From the human T2T-CHM13v2.0 reference genome, Homo sapiens: a DNA stretch of 64,000 nt. The stretch is from the NCBI RefSeq assembly GCF_009914755.1, contig NC_060932.1. One strand, given 5' to 3'. The notes below the pieces were generated by a model. That model searched no databases. It was given only the letters and a program-made list of their open reading frames with translations, and was not told where the DNA came from. Positions 61,203 to 64,000 of this stretch are shown here, one piece after another (position 1 is the stretch's first letter; the number at the start of each line of letters is the position of its first letter). Made by a program: the position numbers and the translations under genes.

Positions 61203-61569
61203 AGGGAATCAGAAACTCCAAGAGGAGGAAGAGAGATGGGGAACAGCTGGTTAGTGGAGCAGTCAGAACACACACATGTATTTATTAAGTTTTCCACCTT
61301 ATATGGACACAGTTTGTTGTGCCCAAAAACAATTACAATACCTTCAAAGATTACTGGTCATAAGTCACTATAATAGGGTATAATGAAAAACTTTGAAATA
61401 TGGCAACAGTTACCAAAATGTGACACAGAGATATGAAGTGAGCACATGGTGTTGGAAAAATGGCACCAATAGTCTTGCTTAATGCAGGGTTGCCACAAAC
61501 TTTCAATTTGTAGAAAATGCAATATCTGTGAAGTGTAATAAAGCAAAGTATGATGGTAATCAAGAGGAA

Positions 61570-62090
61570 TTTGGGAAAAATGTAGAGGTAAACAAATGGT
61601 GTCAGAAGGCATGGAACAGGCAAGTGTTCAGAGGAGAAAGAAACTGGGACTTTGAGGAAATTGCAGGTGACTTGGCAGAGGTGACATATGGGTAGTAAAT
61701 TTGAGATAGAGTTGGGGGGCATGAGTCTGAAAAAGTAAGCAAAGTTTGCATCATGAAAGGTCTCAGATGTCACACCATTGATTTTGTCCTCACTGAAAGT
61801 AAAATATACCACTAATAACTGTTAAACTGGAGTGTTACCTAAAAAGGTACAAAGTTTTACTAAGATTTTTCTAGTTGTGTTGTAGAGAATGAATTAGGAG
61901 TGCTCAAGACTGGGGAAATGGTATTCAGTTAAGAAGACATTTTAATATATTCTGAGTGAGAGATGATGGAGGTCTGATCTAGAAACATTGAGAGGAAGTG
62001 GAGTGAAGGGGGAAGATACTAGTGATATGATGGAAGTAAAATTAATAGAATTTTGTGCTTCAAAGCATGTAAGGAGTGATTGAAAATAAA
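61570..62090 (-). mobile_element. L2 fragment
   Basis: GTTGTGTTGTAGAGAATGAATT...GTGAGAGATGATGGAGGTCTGA...GGAAGTAAAATTAATAGAATTT. Confidence 0.6.
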
Positions 62091-64000
62091 ATGTACTCTC
62101 CATGAATTATAAAATATATGTAATGTTTCTCTTATGCAAATGTTCAAAATAGTAGTCATTATTTTAATTCCATTTATACCATTATATTTTGCCCTTCATT
62201 ATAGGGATAGAATTTCCTGTGATTATATAAAAGTGTCTTCCTCTAGTCTGAAATTGCTCTTAGTATATTTTTAAGACAAATTTTTGCTGAATTTATAGTG
62301 AGCTAAATTCACATAATAATCTATGTTAATCGTCTTTATCCAGGTTTTACTAATCTGTCAATGGCTTTTCCTTCTAGCTCATAGTCCTAGCTTGTTCCTG
62401 CCTTTCTGTCTCTAATTACTTTTAGCTTATTTCCCAGGTGGTGATAAAAGGAACTTTCTTCTAATTGAATCCAATTTGAAGCCAGGTCCCTCTTAAAAAA
62501 TTATGGATCCTCTGTTTTATGCCAATAGTTATTCACCTGATGCATGGGGGGCAAGGGGTGTTTTTGAAACCCTTGCATGGTGGGGTACATAAATACAACA
62601 ATAAAAAATTTTAAATAGAAGTTTTGGAAAGAAATAACAGCAATCTTTTATCCTACAAGCATAAGTCATGAAAACAAGGGTTCCTTTCTTCTTAAGTCTG
62701 TGCCAAATTGGTAAAAGTGCCATGACCTGAAAGAAGGGTCTGCATAATAGTCTTAGACAGCATAAATGAGCCTGTTTCTTCTACTGAGACAAAAGCTTAT
62801 TTTATACCTTTATAGAGTCTGTGAAAAAGTTTTAACTTTAAATGGATTTTAAAAGGTCCTCTTTTTCTTCCTTTAAAATCAACATTTCCTGCATCTTGTC
62901 TTTATTTTGTGAAGTGTTAACCAACAAATTGAATACAGCCTGTGCTTGGCAAATGAATATTAAATGCTTTTTCCTGGAAAATGTGTTTGCTCATTAAATT
63001 TGACAGTCATTGCTTATGTGGTAAATGTTGTCAGTGCCAAGAACTATCTGGCATGGCTGCCAGCTACAGGTCCATTATTTTAATTGCCTTTAACCTATAA
63101 TCAATATTTACTGCTTTCCATAGAAAGAGACTGCATAGCTAAGCAGTACAAAAAGTGAGTTTATTCTTCTGCATGTTAGTTTTTGCTTTTACATCTAAAA
63201 GGTAGAATTAAATGCTTCCTCTGGGTACTACCTTTTTTTTTTATCAAAACTATCTCCTACTACTTATTTTGTGAAATGCTCACATCATCCAAATCATGTC
63301 TATTTCAAACAAAGCAATTTGAATTTATGACTGAGACTCAAATTCTGCTTTATCATAAATTACCTACATCTTTTTTTTTGTCATTGTAAGAAGGTACTGA
63401 ATTTTAATAGCATTTGTGGGGAAATGCATGCTTCCAAATATAAAATCTTCAGGATTTTCTTGGATATTTTGGAAAAAAGATAAGCCTGCAGGTAAAAATC
63501 AAGAGATCCTAATTGGGAGGAGGCAGAATATAAAGGCTAGGATGATGGTTTCATCTTTCGAGCATGCAATTTTACAATGGAGAGCCTTTGAGATTATTCA
63601 ACTTTAGAATGGCATTACACAAATGACATTGTAAAAAGGTCACACTGATAGTAATGTGAAGAGAGATTGTAATCATGGAGTAAGGGAAAGGGAATAGATT
63701 TTAATATAAACAAACATAGTTAAGTAAAAGAATTATAGCAATATTGTGCATCAGGAATATTACAATGGGGAGTGTGTGTATGTATGAATAGACCTAGGCA
63801 CGTGAGTTAATTGCAAGATTTTGCATAATGACAAATATCTGGAAAGAGTTTAAATTGTCAAAAATCAAGAATTAAGCAAACAAATATGCTACAATTTAGT
63901 TTTATGAAGCTACTGAGTTTGATTTTTAAGAAGTATATTTGATTATGTAAAGTTGATGACACATTATTTTATTTGGCATAAAATAATGCTCATGACACAT

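Larger units (their letters stand above)
59214..61556 (-). mobile_element. Tigger1 (TcMar-Tigger DNA transposon), near full length
   Basis: Left end CAGATATACGTCAGAGATATTGTGGG; right end GCAATATCTGTGAAGTGTAATAAAGC. ORF 61351..61812 reads through the Tigger1 5' region (FYKLKVCGNPALSK). Confidence 0.93.

Noticed and set aside
62400-62490. Pyrimidine tract with a CCCAG acceptor
   Set aside because: There is a competing upstream AG and no good downstream donor.

Overview
AT-rich, CpG-poor primate (human-like) nuclear DNA. I find no recognisable protein-coding exon, RNA gene or CpG island. The window is dominated by fossil transposable elements: LINE-1 of several ages (L1PA, L1MA, L1M/ME), six Alus plus a FLAM, MaLR solo LTRs (THE1, MST, MLT1), a near-full-length Tigger1, MER33-type hAT elements, L2/MIR relics and microsatellites. 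The longer ORFs I could assign are broken L1, Alu or other repeat translations. The best-supported unusual structures are: (i) a composite L1 block at 29051-35364, made of a near-full-length minus-strand L1 with its 5'UTR inverted (twin-priming geometry) fused tail-to-tail, with no poly(A), to a younger L1PA; (ii) an unexplained ~900-bp insertion that splits an old L1; (iii) template-switch-like scars (a 26-bp-stem hairpin beside a tandem duplication, and a 22-bp palindrome replacing L1 sequence); (iv) three stacked same-strand L1s; (v) a close inverted Alu pair. Weaker candidates are non-coding exons and enhancer motif clusters. I cannot support a new biological system here. Subfamily names come from recalled consensus sequences, and boundaries of the old elements are approximate.
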